Below, in pieces: positions 36,197 to 45,311 of a DNA stretch of 64,000 bases (within the stretch, counting starts at the first letter, position 1; each line of letters opens with the position of its first letter). The notes under the pieces were generated by a model, which saw only the letters and a list, made by a program, of their open reading frames with translations, did not search any database and had not been told where the DNA came from. The translations under genes and the position numbers were made by a program. The DNA comes from Alphaproteobacteria bacterium (lineage in GTDB: Bacteria; Pseudomonadota; Alphaproteobacteria; MPNO01; UBA830). The DNA lies in the NCBI GenBank assembly GCA_022822405.1, contig JAJEBT010000092.1, positions 8,164 to 72,163 on the forward strand. Reading direction: 5' to 3'.

Positions 36197-38565
36197 GTGG
36201 TTCGGGCGATGGGGCTTTCGGTCCCGACTCCCTGGTCGGAAAGCGGGTGGCGCGCCCGAACGTGCGCCGCCTGATTCACGGCAAGGGTCGCTATACGGAT
36301 GACATTTCGGTTCCGCACATGCTGCATGTGGCGTTCGTACGGAGCCCCTACGGCCATGCGAGAATCCTGAACGTCGATACCGCCGCCGCTGCGGCGGCGG
36401 GCGGAGTCGTCCGCATCGTCACCGGCGCTGATCTTGCGGACATCTGCCAGCCCCTGCATGCCGTGGCCGCGCACCGGCCCGGTCACAAGTCCGCCGTCCA
36501 GCATGTCCTGGCCGTCGACAGAGCCTGTTTCCAGGGCGAGCCCGTGGTCGCCGTGGTTGCCACGAGCCGGGCGGAGGCGGAGGACGCGGCGGAACTCGTC
36601 GCAATCGAATGGGAAGAGCTGCCCGTGGTCACCGACACGGAGGCGGCTCTCTCTTCCGCAAGTCCGGTCATCCATCCCGACCTCGGCGACAATCTGTGCT
36701 TTCAGCATGAAATCGACAATGGCGATGCCGGAACCGTACTCGCCAACGCAGCCCATGTCGTCGAACACCGGTTCGCGTTCGGCCGCCACACTGCCGTCAC
36801 GCTGGAAGGGCGTGTGATCCTTGCGGATTGGGATCCGGTCGAAGAACGCCTGACCGTTCACCAGTCCCATCAGTCTCCGTTCCAGATGCAGGACGTCTAT
36901 TGCCGCCATCTCGGGGTCCCCGAACACAGGGTGCGGGTGATCACGCCGGATATTGGCGGCGGGTTCGGATTGAAGATCAACGTTCACGGCGAGGAATTGG
37001 CGGTGGTCGCGATCGCGAAGCTGCTGGGGCGTCCGGTCAAGTTCACGGCCGACCGCCTCGAATCCTTCGCCGCTGACTGCCAGACCCGTGACCATGTCGT
37101 CACCGCCCGGATGGGGGTGGATGCTGATGGCAGGCTGGTTGCGATGGATATGGACAATGTCCTGTCGGTCGGACCCTACACGGCTTATATCCGCTTCGGC
37201 CTTGCCGAAGGCATGATGGCGATCATGAGCGCGGGGGCGCCGTACAGCCTGACGGACTATCGCGGCAGGACGCGGGTAGCGTATGTCAACAAGGGCATCG
37301 TAGGCATGTTCCGCGGCGTCGGCGTACCGATCGGCTGTGCGGTGACCGAACTCATGGTCGACCAGGCTGCGGCCGCAGCCGGAATCGATCCGGTTGCCTT
37401 CCGGCGCCAAAACTTTCACGCCGAAGAAGACTATCCGCTGACCACGATCGGTGGCTACGAGGCGAGGCATATGTCGATGCGCCAGTGCCTCGATGCCTGC
37501 GTCGAGATCATGGATTATCAGGCTTTGCGCACCGAGCAGCTGCGTTTGCGGAACGAAGGCGTGATCCGTGGTATCGGCGTGGCCGCGTTCGTCGAGGGTG
37601 CGGCCTTCGGGCCTGGCTACTACGGCCCGTCCGGTGCGAGGGTCTCCACCCAGGACGGATGCACGGTAAAGCTGGAACCGTCAGGCGTCGTTCGTTGCCT
37701 TACCAGCATCACCGATCAGGGGCAGGGGACTCTGACGGCGATCGCACAAGTCGTTGCCGACCAGCTCGGTGTCGGGATGGACGATATCGATATCGTGGCC
37801 GGCGACAGCGCGGTAACCCCCTATGGCGGTGGCGCGTGGGCCTCCCGGGGCATGGCGATCGGCGGCGAGGCCGCATTGCAGGCGGGCCGGGCTCTCAAGG
37901 CGAACATACTCGACCTGGCGGGTTCGGTTCTCCAGGCCGAGCCCGGGACTCTCACTCTTGCCGATGGCGAGATACGCGACGCCGCAACGGGCGAGGCGCG
38001 CATGGATCTCGGCGAACTGGCGCGGATCGGGTATTTCCGGCAGGACACCCTGCCGCCAGGCGCACAGCCGGAACTCATGGTCACCAGGCATCATGTTCCG
38101 CCGGTCAATTACTATATTGCCAACGGCGTGCAGGGCGCCCATGTCGAGATCGATGTCGAGACCGGCTTCATCCGGATTCTCGGCTGGTGGGTGGCCGATG
38201 ACTGCGGGCGCGTGGTCAATCCTTTGTTGGTCGACGAACAGCTTCGGGGCGGGATCATTCAGGGGATCGGCAACAGTCTTTACGAGCACCTGATCTATGA
38301 CGATTACGGGCAGATCCAGAACGCGACGCTGGCCGACTACCTGTTACCGATGGCGACCGAAATGCCGGATATCAGCATTGCGCATATCGAAACGCCGACC
38401 GGGGTGACCGAGCTCGGCGCTAACGGTATCGGCGAATCCGGCACGATCGGTGCTATTGCCGCGCTCTGGTGCGCCGTGAACGACGCGTTGCGCCCGCTCG
38501 ACGTGCAGGTAAGCCGGCAGCCGTTCACGCCCGAGCATCTGCTTGAGGTGCTGGGAACGGCATAG
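36193..38565 (+). CDS. Xanthine dehydrogenase family molybdopterin-binding (large) subunit
   Basis: VGKRVARPNVRRLIHGKGRYTDD, PDIGGGFG and the C-terminal GIGESGTIGA are present. It is translationally coupled to the 2Fe-2S subunit. Confidence 0.9.
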   Translation: MSGSGDGAFGPDSLVGKRVARPNVRRLIHGKGRYTDDISVPHMLHVAFVRSPYGHARILNVDTAAAAAAGGVVRIVTGADLADICQPLHAVAAHRPGHKSAVQHVLAVDRACFQGEPVVAVVATSRAEAEDAAELVAIEWEELPVVTDTEAALSSASPVIHPDLGDNLCFQHEIDNGDAGTVLANAAHVVEHRFAFGRHTAVTLEGRVILADWDPVEERLTVHQSHQSPFQMQDVYCRHLGVPEHRVRVITPDIGGGFGLKINVHGEELAVVAIAKLLGRPVKFTADRLESFAADCQTRDHVVTARMGVDADGRLVAMDMDNVLSVGPYTAYIRFGLAEGMMAIMSAGAPYSLTDYRGRTRVAYVNKGIVGMFRGVGVPIGCAVTELMVDQAAAAAGIDPVAFRRQNFHAEEDYPLTTIGGYEARHMSMRQCLDACVEIMDYQALRTEQLRLRNEGVIRGIGVAAFVEGAAFGPGYYGPSGARVSTQDGCTVKLEPSGVVRCLTSITDQGQGTLTAIAQVVADQLGVGMDDIDIVAGDSAVTPYGGGAWASRGMAIGGEAALQAGRALKANILDLAGSVLQAEPGTLTLADGEIRDAATGEARMDLGELARIGYFRQDTLPPGAQPELMVTRHHVPPVNYYIANGVQGAHVEIDVETGFIRILGWWVADDCGRVVNPLLVDEQLRGGIIQGIGNSLYEHLIYDDYGQIQNATLADYLLPMATEMPDISIAHIETPTGVTELGANGIGESGTIGAIAALWCAVNDALRPLDVQVSRQPFTPEHLLEVLGTA

Positions 38566-38828
38566 GCTTCAATGGCCGGACGGCCGTTTGCCATGCCCGC
38601 GCTGCGGAGGCGCGAATTCGCGTCTCCATATCTGTTCTGGCGGAACAGATCGGCAATCCAGGCAGGAGCAAAGCGGTTCCACTGTCCGGTCCGCGCGTCA
38701 TGTTCGACCGTCCGGAAAGATAGGCAAGCAGTTGGCTGCCTCTTGTCGAGACGGGCGTTCATTTACGGCCCGGTCGTCGCGACATGGAAGCGAGCGGGCC
38801 CATCGGTTGTCCGTGTTCGGGGCGACCG

Positions 38829-39269
38829 TCAGGAATCCAGGGCGCCGCTTCCCCGATTCCGTTCAAAGCTTCCCCTGACGTCCTCTATGGGCGTATTTCG
38901 CCGATCGATGGACTTCACCGGCGAGTTGGCGGCGTCGAAGCCATCCAGGCAGCGGGTGTTGATTGCCCAGCCGGTAAAGGGTTTGACGCCGCGCGCGATT
39001 TCTTCTTCGGTTGGAAAGCTGGGCCGGCGGAAGGGGAGGATACCGCATTCGGGGCAGAAATAGTCTTCGCCCGTGAACGATCCCCATTGGTAAAGGGTGA
39101 GTTTATCCAGAGGCGTTAGCAGGCGAACGGCACCTTCCGGCACCCGATGTATGAGGGCGCCTCGCTTGTGGCAGACCGAACAATTGCAAACCCGCACGTG
39201 ATCGACATCGGCTTCGACCTCGAAGCGCACCCTTCCGCAATGACAGGAGCCCTGGTAGATCCGTTTCAT
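38829..39269 (-). CDS. GFA (glutathione-dependent formaldehyde-activating / CENP-V) family protein
   Basis: The zinc-cysteine pattern is GSCHCGRVRFE ... CNCSVC ... FCPECG. Confidence 0.85.
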   Translation of the reverse strand: MKRIYQGSCHCGRVRFEVEADVDHVRVCNCSVCHKRGALIHRVPEGAVRLLTPLDKLTLYQWGSFTGEDYFCPECGILPFRRPSFPTEEEIARGVKPFTGWAINTRCLDGFDAANSPVKSIDRRNTPIEDVRGSFERNRGSGALDS

Positions 39270-39283
39270 GCGATCCTCACTAT

Positions 39284-40342
39284 CTATAGGCGTCCCATCA
39301 GTTGCGGTGCGTCAGGGGGGTAGCGGTATGCACGGAACACCCAGTTGAGTTCAGCTTCAAGCACCCTCGAGTAGGCCAGATAGGGGGAAAGGTATTCCCA
39401 TACGACGTCTCCCTCCGGGGTGACTTCAAAAAGGCACCCTCTCGCTCCCTCGCAAATGAGCGTATTGCCGCTCCAGAGGCGCTGGACCCCGGAAATGTTG
39501 GCCGAATAAAAGCTTTGAGGTGGTTTGCCGTCAAAGCGCCAGACGATCTCCTTGGTGTCCGGATCGATCTCGAAGATATGCGAGAACATGTCGTCGGTAT
39601 GTCCGTGAAACCCGTTTGCAAAAACCAGGACGTTGCCGTTCTTCAGCATATGGCAGTCGTGCTGGTGGCCGAGTATCTGGTCGTGCATCTCCCAGATGAT
39701 CTGCTTGCTTTCCCTGTCCACGATGCAGATCAGGTTGAGTACCCTGAAGCTCAGCATCACGTTGCCGTCGTCAAGAGGCGCGCAGGTGTTTGCGTGACCG
39801 AATTCGACCCGATCGCAGATGCCGCAGATCGGATATTTTTCGACCTCGATGTCGCGAATCCGCCACTCCCAGACAGTGTTCCCCGACGGATCGATCTCGC
39901 GGACAAGATCGCCGTAGATCTTTCCGTCCTTTTCCGTGCCTGGCAGACCGCCCTGCACCCGCCTGGCGGTTGCATCGTCGAGGAGATCCCAGGCGATATA
40001 GAGCGTGTTTCCGTTCTTCAGTCGCCTCGCGTCGTGATGCTGGTTTTCGTCGTAGTGCTCCCAGACGATATTGCTGTCCCAATCATATTCTCTGAGCAAG
40101 CCGCCCTTGCCCGCCATTAGCGGAGGGCCGTCAAGGGTACATTGCGTCACAAACAGGTTGCCTTCATCCGTCAGTTGGCAGCGATTGATGCCGCCCAGAT
40201 CCTGGAGTCTCCACTCATGGACAGGCTGGCCGTCCATGTCGATCAGGAAGGCGCGGTTGCCCCGTAACGGCGAAAACAACGTGAAACCCGGTGTTGCGCG
40301 CGCCTTGTCATACGTCCTGAGCCCTGGTTCGGGTGGCTGCAT
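39284..40342 (-). CDS. Arylsulfotransferase (ASST)-like beta-propeller protein
   Basis: Repeated blades are seen (GNLFV, HHDARRLKNGNTLY, HANTCAPLDDGNVML, HQHDCHMLKNGNVLVF, GNTLICEG), as in ASST-family proteins. ATG 40342 has an AAGGAT SD. Confidence 0.55.
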   Translation of the reverse strand: MQPPEPGLRTYDKARATPGFTLFSPLRGNRAFLIDMDGQPVHEWRLQDLGGINRCQLTDEGNLFVTQCTLDGPPLMAGKGGLLREYDWDSNIVWEHYDENQHHDARRLKNGNTLYIAWDLLDDATARRVQGGLPGTEKDGKIYGDLVREIDPSGNTVWEWRIRDIEVEKYPICGICDRVEFGHANTCAPLDDGNVMLSFRVLNLICIVDRESKQIIWEMHDQILGHQHDCHMLKNGNVLVFANGFHGHTDDMFSHIFEIDPDTKEIVWRFDGKPPQSFYSANISGVQRLWSGNTLICEGARGCLFEVTPEGDVVWEYLSPYLAYSRVLEAELNWVFRAYRYPPDAPQLMGRL

Positions 40343-40638
40343 TCTGATCCTTGGTTTTCTTCGGACAGTCGTCGTCGACAAGACAGAATTCGTTGGGGGG
40401 ATCGTCATCTTGGCAGCGGCTGGAATAGCGATCAAGTTCGGAGACTCCCGGCAGGCCGAATCGGAACCTCAGGGGCACGGGGCCTCGCGGCGTGCCTCGA
40501 GGTATTGAGTTTGCGGGCAGGGCGCCACGCATACGGATCATGTCTGGACAAGAAAATGCGTCCTGATAAGGTCCGTGCTGTCCGGCGAAAGGGAAGTAAA
40601 GAGAAGCGGAAATGCGGGAAAGTCGACGTGATACGCGA

Positions 40639-41733
40639 ATGTACGGTCCGAACCGCTTCAAGCTCGGACTGTTTGCGCCCAACTGTTCGGGTGGGCTTAC
40701 GATGACCAAGGCGCCCGAGCACTGGGACGCCTCCTGGGACAACAACGTGGAAGCGGCGCGCCTCGCCGACGAGGCAGGCCTTGAATTCCTGCTTCCCGTC
40801 AGCCGCTGGCTCGGCTATGGCGGCGAAACCGATACCGAGGGAACCAGCTTCGAGACGCTGACCTGGGCCACCGGACTGCTCGGGGCCACCGAAGAAATCT
40901 ACATCTTCGGCACCGTTCATGTCGCGCTTGTCAATCCGGTCTTCGCCGCCAAACAGATGGTCACGGCGGATCATGTGGGGAAAGGCCGGTTCGGCCTCAA
41001 TATCGTTTCCGGCTGGAACGTCGATGAACACCAGATGTTCGGCGTCGGCATTCGCGACCACGACGAGCGCTACGCCTACAGCCGCGAATGGCTGGAAATC
41101 GTCAGGCGTCTGTGGGAAGGCGGGAAAGCATTCGATTTCAGCGGCCGTTTTTTCACGTTGAAGGGTGTGAAAGGCTCTCCGGGTCCGTATTTCGGGGACC
41201 GGCCGGTATTGATAAGTGCTGGCAATTCACCTGTTGGACGTGCGTTCGCTGTCGAGCAGACCGACTTCGTCTTCATGGGAATCCGCAGCCTCGATGCGCT
41301 TGCGGACGAGATCGACCACTCGCGCCGCGGGACGGGAAAGGACATCGGATTTTTCGGATGCGGGAACCTGATCTGTCGTCGGACCGCAAAGGAGGCAGAA
41401 GATTATTATCGCTATCTTGTCCATGAGCATGGGGATTGGGAAGGCGGAATGCGCGGACGTGCCATGCGCGCGCAAGGGCGGACACAATCCTCGAAACAGG
41501 TAAGCCAGACTGAGGAACGCATGGTGGCTGCGACCGGCACCCTTCCTATTGTCGGAAGCTATGACGACGTGGTCGATATCTTCGCCCGGATGTCGATGGC
41601 CGGCCTTGACGGCATCGCAATCGGCCTCGTCGATTACGTCCAGGAATTCCCGATGCTTCGTGACGAAGTGATGCCGCGGATGCAGCGTCTCGGATTGAGA
41701 GAGCGCCTTGGTCCTCAGGCCGTCAACTCATAG
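40639..41733 (+). CDS. LLM-class flavin-dependent monooxygenase, SfnG/RutA-like subgroup
   Basis: KLGLFAPNCSGGL near the N-terminus and GRFGLNIVSGWNVDE resemble the dimethylsulfone / pyrimidine monooxygenase subgroup. The start is ATG 40639 or 40612. Confidence 0.85.
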   Translation: MYGPNRFKLGLFAPNCSGGLTMTKAPEHWDASWDNNVEAARLADEAGLEFLLPVSRWLGYGGETDTEGTSFETLTWATGLLGATEEIYIFGTVHVALVNPVFAAKQMVTADHVGKGRFGLNIVSGWNVDEHQMFGVGIRDHDERYAYSREWLEIVRRLWEGGKAFDFSGRFFTLKGVKGSPGPYFGDRPVLISAGNSPVGRAFAVEQTDFVFMGIRSLDALADEIDHSRRGTGKDIGFFGCGNLICRRTAKEAEDYYRYLVHEHGDWEGGMRGRAMRAQGRTQSSKQVSQTEERMVAATGTLPIVGSYDDVVDIFARMSMAGLDGIAIGLVDYVQEFPMLRDEVMPRMQRLGLRERLGPQAVNS

Positions 41734-42036
41734 GGAAGCTGTGCCAGCCCCTCGATCCTCCTGTATTCGCCGGTTTCGGCATTGAAGGATCCCTGCTGCC
41801 TATGGCCGACGTCTTGTCGATGCTTCCGTTGCGTCGCAGAATCCATGGGGCGTGACCTTCTGTCATCTGCGGTGTTCGCGACCGAAGACCCGGGAAGGTT
41901 CCGGGCGTTGTGTTGACTGTCTTTTGCCCGATCGGCTGGAAACCTGGAGTTGGAGGCGCATCCGTGTCCTTCCGGCAAGCGGTCCGCGGCTAACCCCGGA
42001 AGATGAACGGGAGATTTCACGGCCACTCGAGGGGTG

Positions 42037-42903
42037 TCAGTTCTTGAGCTCTTCCATGTAGACAGGGACCTCGAAACACGCCCGGTGTATGCCGGGATGG
42101 TAATAGCGGGTACCGATGGACGTTGCCTCGAACCGGGTGCGGACGGTCTCGATCGGGGTGCTTCGCGCCCGCGCACTGTTGGCGCCCCAGCCGAGGGTCA
42201 TGTAACCGAAGCCGTAGGTGGGGACGTCAACGACGTAGAGCGACGCATCGACAAATATGTCCCGCAGCCGCCGATAGGTGTCGCAGGCCTCTGCCCGCTG
42301 AGGAAAGATGTTGCCGCTCTGGCAGACGACAATTCCGTCTTCTGTCAGGATCCGCCGGCAGTCGCGGTAGAAGCCGTCGGAAAAGAGTTCGACTGCCGGA
42401 CCCACGGGATCCGTGGAATCGATGATGATGATGTCAAAACGCCGCTCCGTCTCCGCGACGAACCGGATCCCGTCGGCAATGACGAGCTCCGTTCGCGGGT
42501 CGTCGAATGCGCCGTCGCTCAGGCCCGGCAGGTATTCCCGGCAGATGTCGACAACCCTGTCGTCGATCTCGACCAGCGTGGCAGTCCGGACCGCATCATG
42601 CTTGAGGACTTCGCGCAATGCACCACCGTCGCCGCCACCGATGATCGCTACGTCGCGGACACTGCCGTGCGCGAGTATCGGGACATGGGCCAGCATCTCG
42701 TGGTAGCAGTATTCGTCCCGCTCGGTGGTCTGGACAATGCCGTCGAGAGCCAGCACGCGGCCGAAGAGCGGGTTTTCGAAGATGATGATGTGCTGCAGGG
42801 AGGTCCGGGACTCGAACAGGGTGCGGGTGTTCCTGAGGCGCTGCTGGCAGTCTTCGTGGATGGTCTCCGTGAACCAGCCGCCATCGTCGGCGACGCTCGT
42901 CAC
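42037..42903 (-). CDS. speE: Spermidine synthase (polyamine aminopropyltransferase)
   Basis: YHEMLAHVP, IIGGGDGGALREVLKH and DIIIIDSTDPVGPA are present. The GTG start overlaps the upstream stop (GTGA). Confidence 0.9.
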   Translation of the reverse strand: MTSVADDGGWFTETIHEDCQQRLRNTRTLFESRTSLQHIIIFENPLFGRVLALDGIVQTTERDEYCYHEMLAHVPILAHGSVRDVAIIGGGDGGALREVLKHDAVRTATLVEIDDRVVDICREYLPGLSDGAFDDPRTELVIADGIRFVAETERRFDIIIIDSTDPVGPAVELFSDGFYRDCRRILTEDGIVVCQSGNIFPQRAEACDTYRRLRDIFVDASLYVVDVPTYGFGYMTLGWGANSARARSTPIETVRTRFEATSIGTRYYHPGIHRACFEVPVYMEELKN

Positions 42904-43382
42904 GTGACGAGGCCTCGCCAGATTTCGCGTACATCGAAACGGTCAGCCCGAAGCTCGCGTCTGAGATGTTCGACCGCGTCCTGTGGGGAACAGGTGCCGC
43001 ACATGAAGACATCGAACGCGGCATAGTCGATTTCGGGCCAGGTATGGACGCTGATGTGGCTTTCGGCGAGAACGGCTACCCCCGAAAGGCCGCCGCCATC
43101 GCCAAACTCGTGGACATGGACATGAAGAATCGTGGCACCGGCATGTTCGGCCGCTTCGCGCAGCAGGGTCTTGGTGGACTCGACATCCCTAATCCTGTCC
43201 AGGCCCCAGGCATCCACGAGCATATGGGTTCCGGCGAACTTGCGGCCATTCGCGCGGACAAGATAGTTATGAGGCGCATTGTCGCGCGTATTCGCGCACG
43301 GTTTTCGGGACGGCGGCGGGACCGAATCTTCGGCGGGATGACGCGCCGCGCTTCCCACGGCCGACAGGACAGTCTTGGTCAT
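42900..43382 (-). CDS. speH: S-adenosylmethionine decarboxylase proenzyme (small pyruvoyl type)
   Basis: The self-cleavage site region is VLAESHISVHTWPE. SD GGAG lies 8 nt before ATG 43382. Confidence 0.85.
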   Translation of the reverse strand: MTKTVLSAVGSAARHPAEDSVPPPSRKPCANTRDNAPHNYLVRANGRKFAGTHMLVDAWGLDRIRDVESTKTLLREAAEHAGATILHVHVHEFGDGGGLSGVAVLAESHISVHTWPEIDYAAFDVFMCGTCSPQDAVEHLRRELRADRFDVREIWRGLVT

Positions 43383-43489
43383 TCGAACTGCTCCAGGTCG
43401 ACATGTCACGTCGTGTCGATTTTTCGAGAGCGCCTTATGATCTGTTTTCCATAGCGTTGCAAGTGTCCCGGAGGCGCCGCCCGCGTACT

Positions 43490-45262
43490 TCAGAAAGCCT
43501 CGTCCGCCAGCGCCATGAGATCTGCCGAACCGGACATCGCGGTTGCAAGGGACGCTGAAGCTTGCGGGCAGAAAGTATCCGCATAAAACCGCGCAGAGGT
43601 GATCTTCGCCTCGTAGAACGGCGCGTCGTCGCCCGCACCGTTGGCAAGTTTATCGGAAGCGATGGCCGCCGAGCGCGCCATGAGCCAGCATCCCGTTATG
43701 GTGCCAAGCGCTGTCAGGTAGGGCGTAGCCCCTGCAAGCGCAGCGCGGGGGTCGTCGGTCGGCGGATCGACGAAGTAGGAGGTAGCCTGTTTGAGATCCG
43801 CGAGCGTCTGCAGGAACGGCGCTTCTATTCGAGAATCGGGAATCTCGGTATCCGCCATTTCCTCGATGAGCAACGCGACGCTCTGGCCGCCGTCGCCGAT
43901 GATCTTCCGGGTTACCAGGTCGATGGCCTGGATTCCGTTCGTGCCTTCATAAATCGGCGTGATGCGGCTGTCGCGGTAGTGTTGGGCGGCGCCGGTTTCC
44001 TCGATGAAGCCGGCGCCGCCGTGAACCTGCACGCCGATTGAAGCCACGGTCACGCCGCAGTCGGTCGACCAGGCCTTGACGACAGGCACCAGCAAGTCGA
44101 CACGGGCCTGTGCCTGTGCCCTGGTCTCGGCATCCGGGTGCTTGCGTGCCACATCGAGCTGGGCAGCAACATAGTAGCCGAGGGCCCTGGCCGCCTCGGT
44201 CAGGGTGCGCATCGTCATGAGGTTCCGGCGCACGTCGGGGTGACGAATGATGGCGACCTGGCCCGCTCCCGGATTGACCGCATCACGGCCCTGTATGCGC
44301 TCGCGGGCATAGGATGCCGCCTGCTGGTAGGCGCGGGTAGCGATGCCGACGCCCTCACGGCCGACCGCAAGGCGAGCGTTGTTCATCATCGAAAACATGT
44401 ACTGCATGCCGCGGCATTCCTCGCCGACGAGATAGCCGATCGCGCCCTCGTTCTCGCCGAACTGCATGACGCAGGTCGGGCTTGCGTGAATGCCGAGCTT
44501 GTGTTCGAGCGATACCGGGCGAAGGTCGTTGCGCGGTCCCAGGGTGCCGTCGTCATTGACCATGAACTTCGGCACGATGAAGAGCGAGATGCCGCGTGTG
44601 CCGGGAGGCGCATCTGGCGTGCGGGCGAGGACCATGTGGACAATGTTCTCGGTGAAATCGTGCTCGCCCCAGGTCGTGAAGATCTTCTGGCCGCTGATGC
44701 GGTAGTGGTTGCCTTCGGGCACGGCCCGCGTTTTGAGGGCGCCGACATCGGATCCGGCGCCGGGCTCGGTGAGGACCATTGTTCCGGTCCATTCGCCACT
44801 GACCAGTTTCGGTATCCATTTTTCCTTCTGTTCGTCGGTGCCGTATTTCTCGAGCATTTCCGCGCCGGCGATGCTCAACACGGGACACAGCGCGAAGCCG
44901 AGATTGGCCGAATCCCACATCTCGAAGACCGGTGTCGAGACCAGCATCGGAAGCCCCTGGCCGCCGAGTTCCGGTTCGAACTGCAGCGTGTTCCATCCGC
45001 CGTCCACGTAGGCCTTGTAAGCCTCCTTGAAGCCCTTCGGTGTGACGACTACCCCGTTCTCGAGGCGGGAGCCCTCGATGTCCCCTGACCTGTTGATCGG
45101 GGACAGCACCTCGCGTCCGAACTTGGCCGCCTCTTCGAGGATCGCGCGCACGGTATCCGATGTGAGGTCCTCATGGCCGGGCAGGGCAGCGACCTCCGAC
45201 AGCCCGACAAGTTCTTCGATCACGAACTGCATGTCGCGAAGAGGGGCATCATATTCGGTCAC
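43490..45262 (-). CDS. Large (about 590 aa) acyl-CoA dehydrogenase with extended N- and C-terminal domains (DmdC/FadE-like architecture)
   Basis: LTEPGAGSD, the ACAD middle and C-terminal blocks (YEGTNGIQ) and a ~150-aa C-terminal extension are present. Confidence 0.9.
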   Translation of the reverse strand: MTEYDAPLRDMQFVIEELVGLSEVAALPGHEDLTSDTVRAILEEAAKFGREVLSPINRSGDIEGSRLENGVVVTPKGFKEAYKAYVDGGWNTLQFEPELGGQGLPMLVSTPVFEMWDSANLGFALCPVLSIAGAEMLEKYGTDEQKEKWIPKLVSGEWTGTMVLTEPGAGSDVGALKTRAVPEGNHYRISGQKIFTTWGEHDFTENIVHMVLARTPDAPPGTRGISLFIVPKFMVNDDGTLGPRNDLRPVSLEHKLGIHASPTCVMQFGENEGAIGYLVGEECRGMQYMFSMMNNARLAVGREGVGIATRAYQQAASYARERIQGRDAVNPGAGQVAIIRHPDVRRNLMTMRTLTEAARALGYYVAAQLDVARKHPDAETRAQAQARVDLLVPVVKAWSTDCGVTVASIGVQVHGGAGFIEETGAAQHYRDSRITPIYEGTNGIQAIDLVTRKIIGDGGQSVALLIEEMADTEIPDSRIEAPFLQTLADLKQATSYFVDPPTDDPRAALAGATPYLTALGTITGCWLMARSAAIASDKLANGAGDDAPFYEAKITSARFYADTFCPQASASLATAMSGSADLMALADEAF

Positions 45263-45311
45263 GGGACAGCTCCTGTTGGATGTCGTTCACTCTGGTCACT
45301 TCGGCTGGGCT

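Noticed and set aside
41715-42176. A 153-aa minus-strand ORF in the 303-bp convergent gap between the LLM gene and speE. Its tail (GSFNAETGEYRRIEGLAQLPYELTA) looks protein-like.
   Set aside because: It overlaps both neighbouring genes, has no SD or recognisable domain, and most of it is Arg/Ser/Pro-rich. It could hide a very small gene, but I cannot support one.
42900-43409. A possible unusual N-terminal extension on the SAM decarboxylase proenzyme (about 50 residues before the conserved core).
   Set aside because: The length depends on start choice (ATG 43382 vs 43409). Such leaders vary among small AdoMetDC proteins, and nothing in the sequence suggests a distinct domain.
43397-43420. Imperfect palindrome GTCGACATGTCACGTCGTGTCGAT in the speH leader. 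I considered it as an operator or riboswitch stem.
   Set aside because: It is short and imperfect, and I recognise no known SAM or polyamine riboswitch consensus. I cannot evaluate folding by eye.
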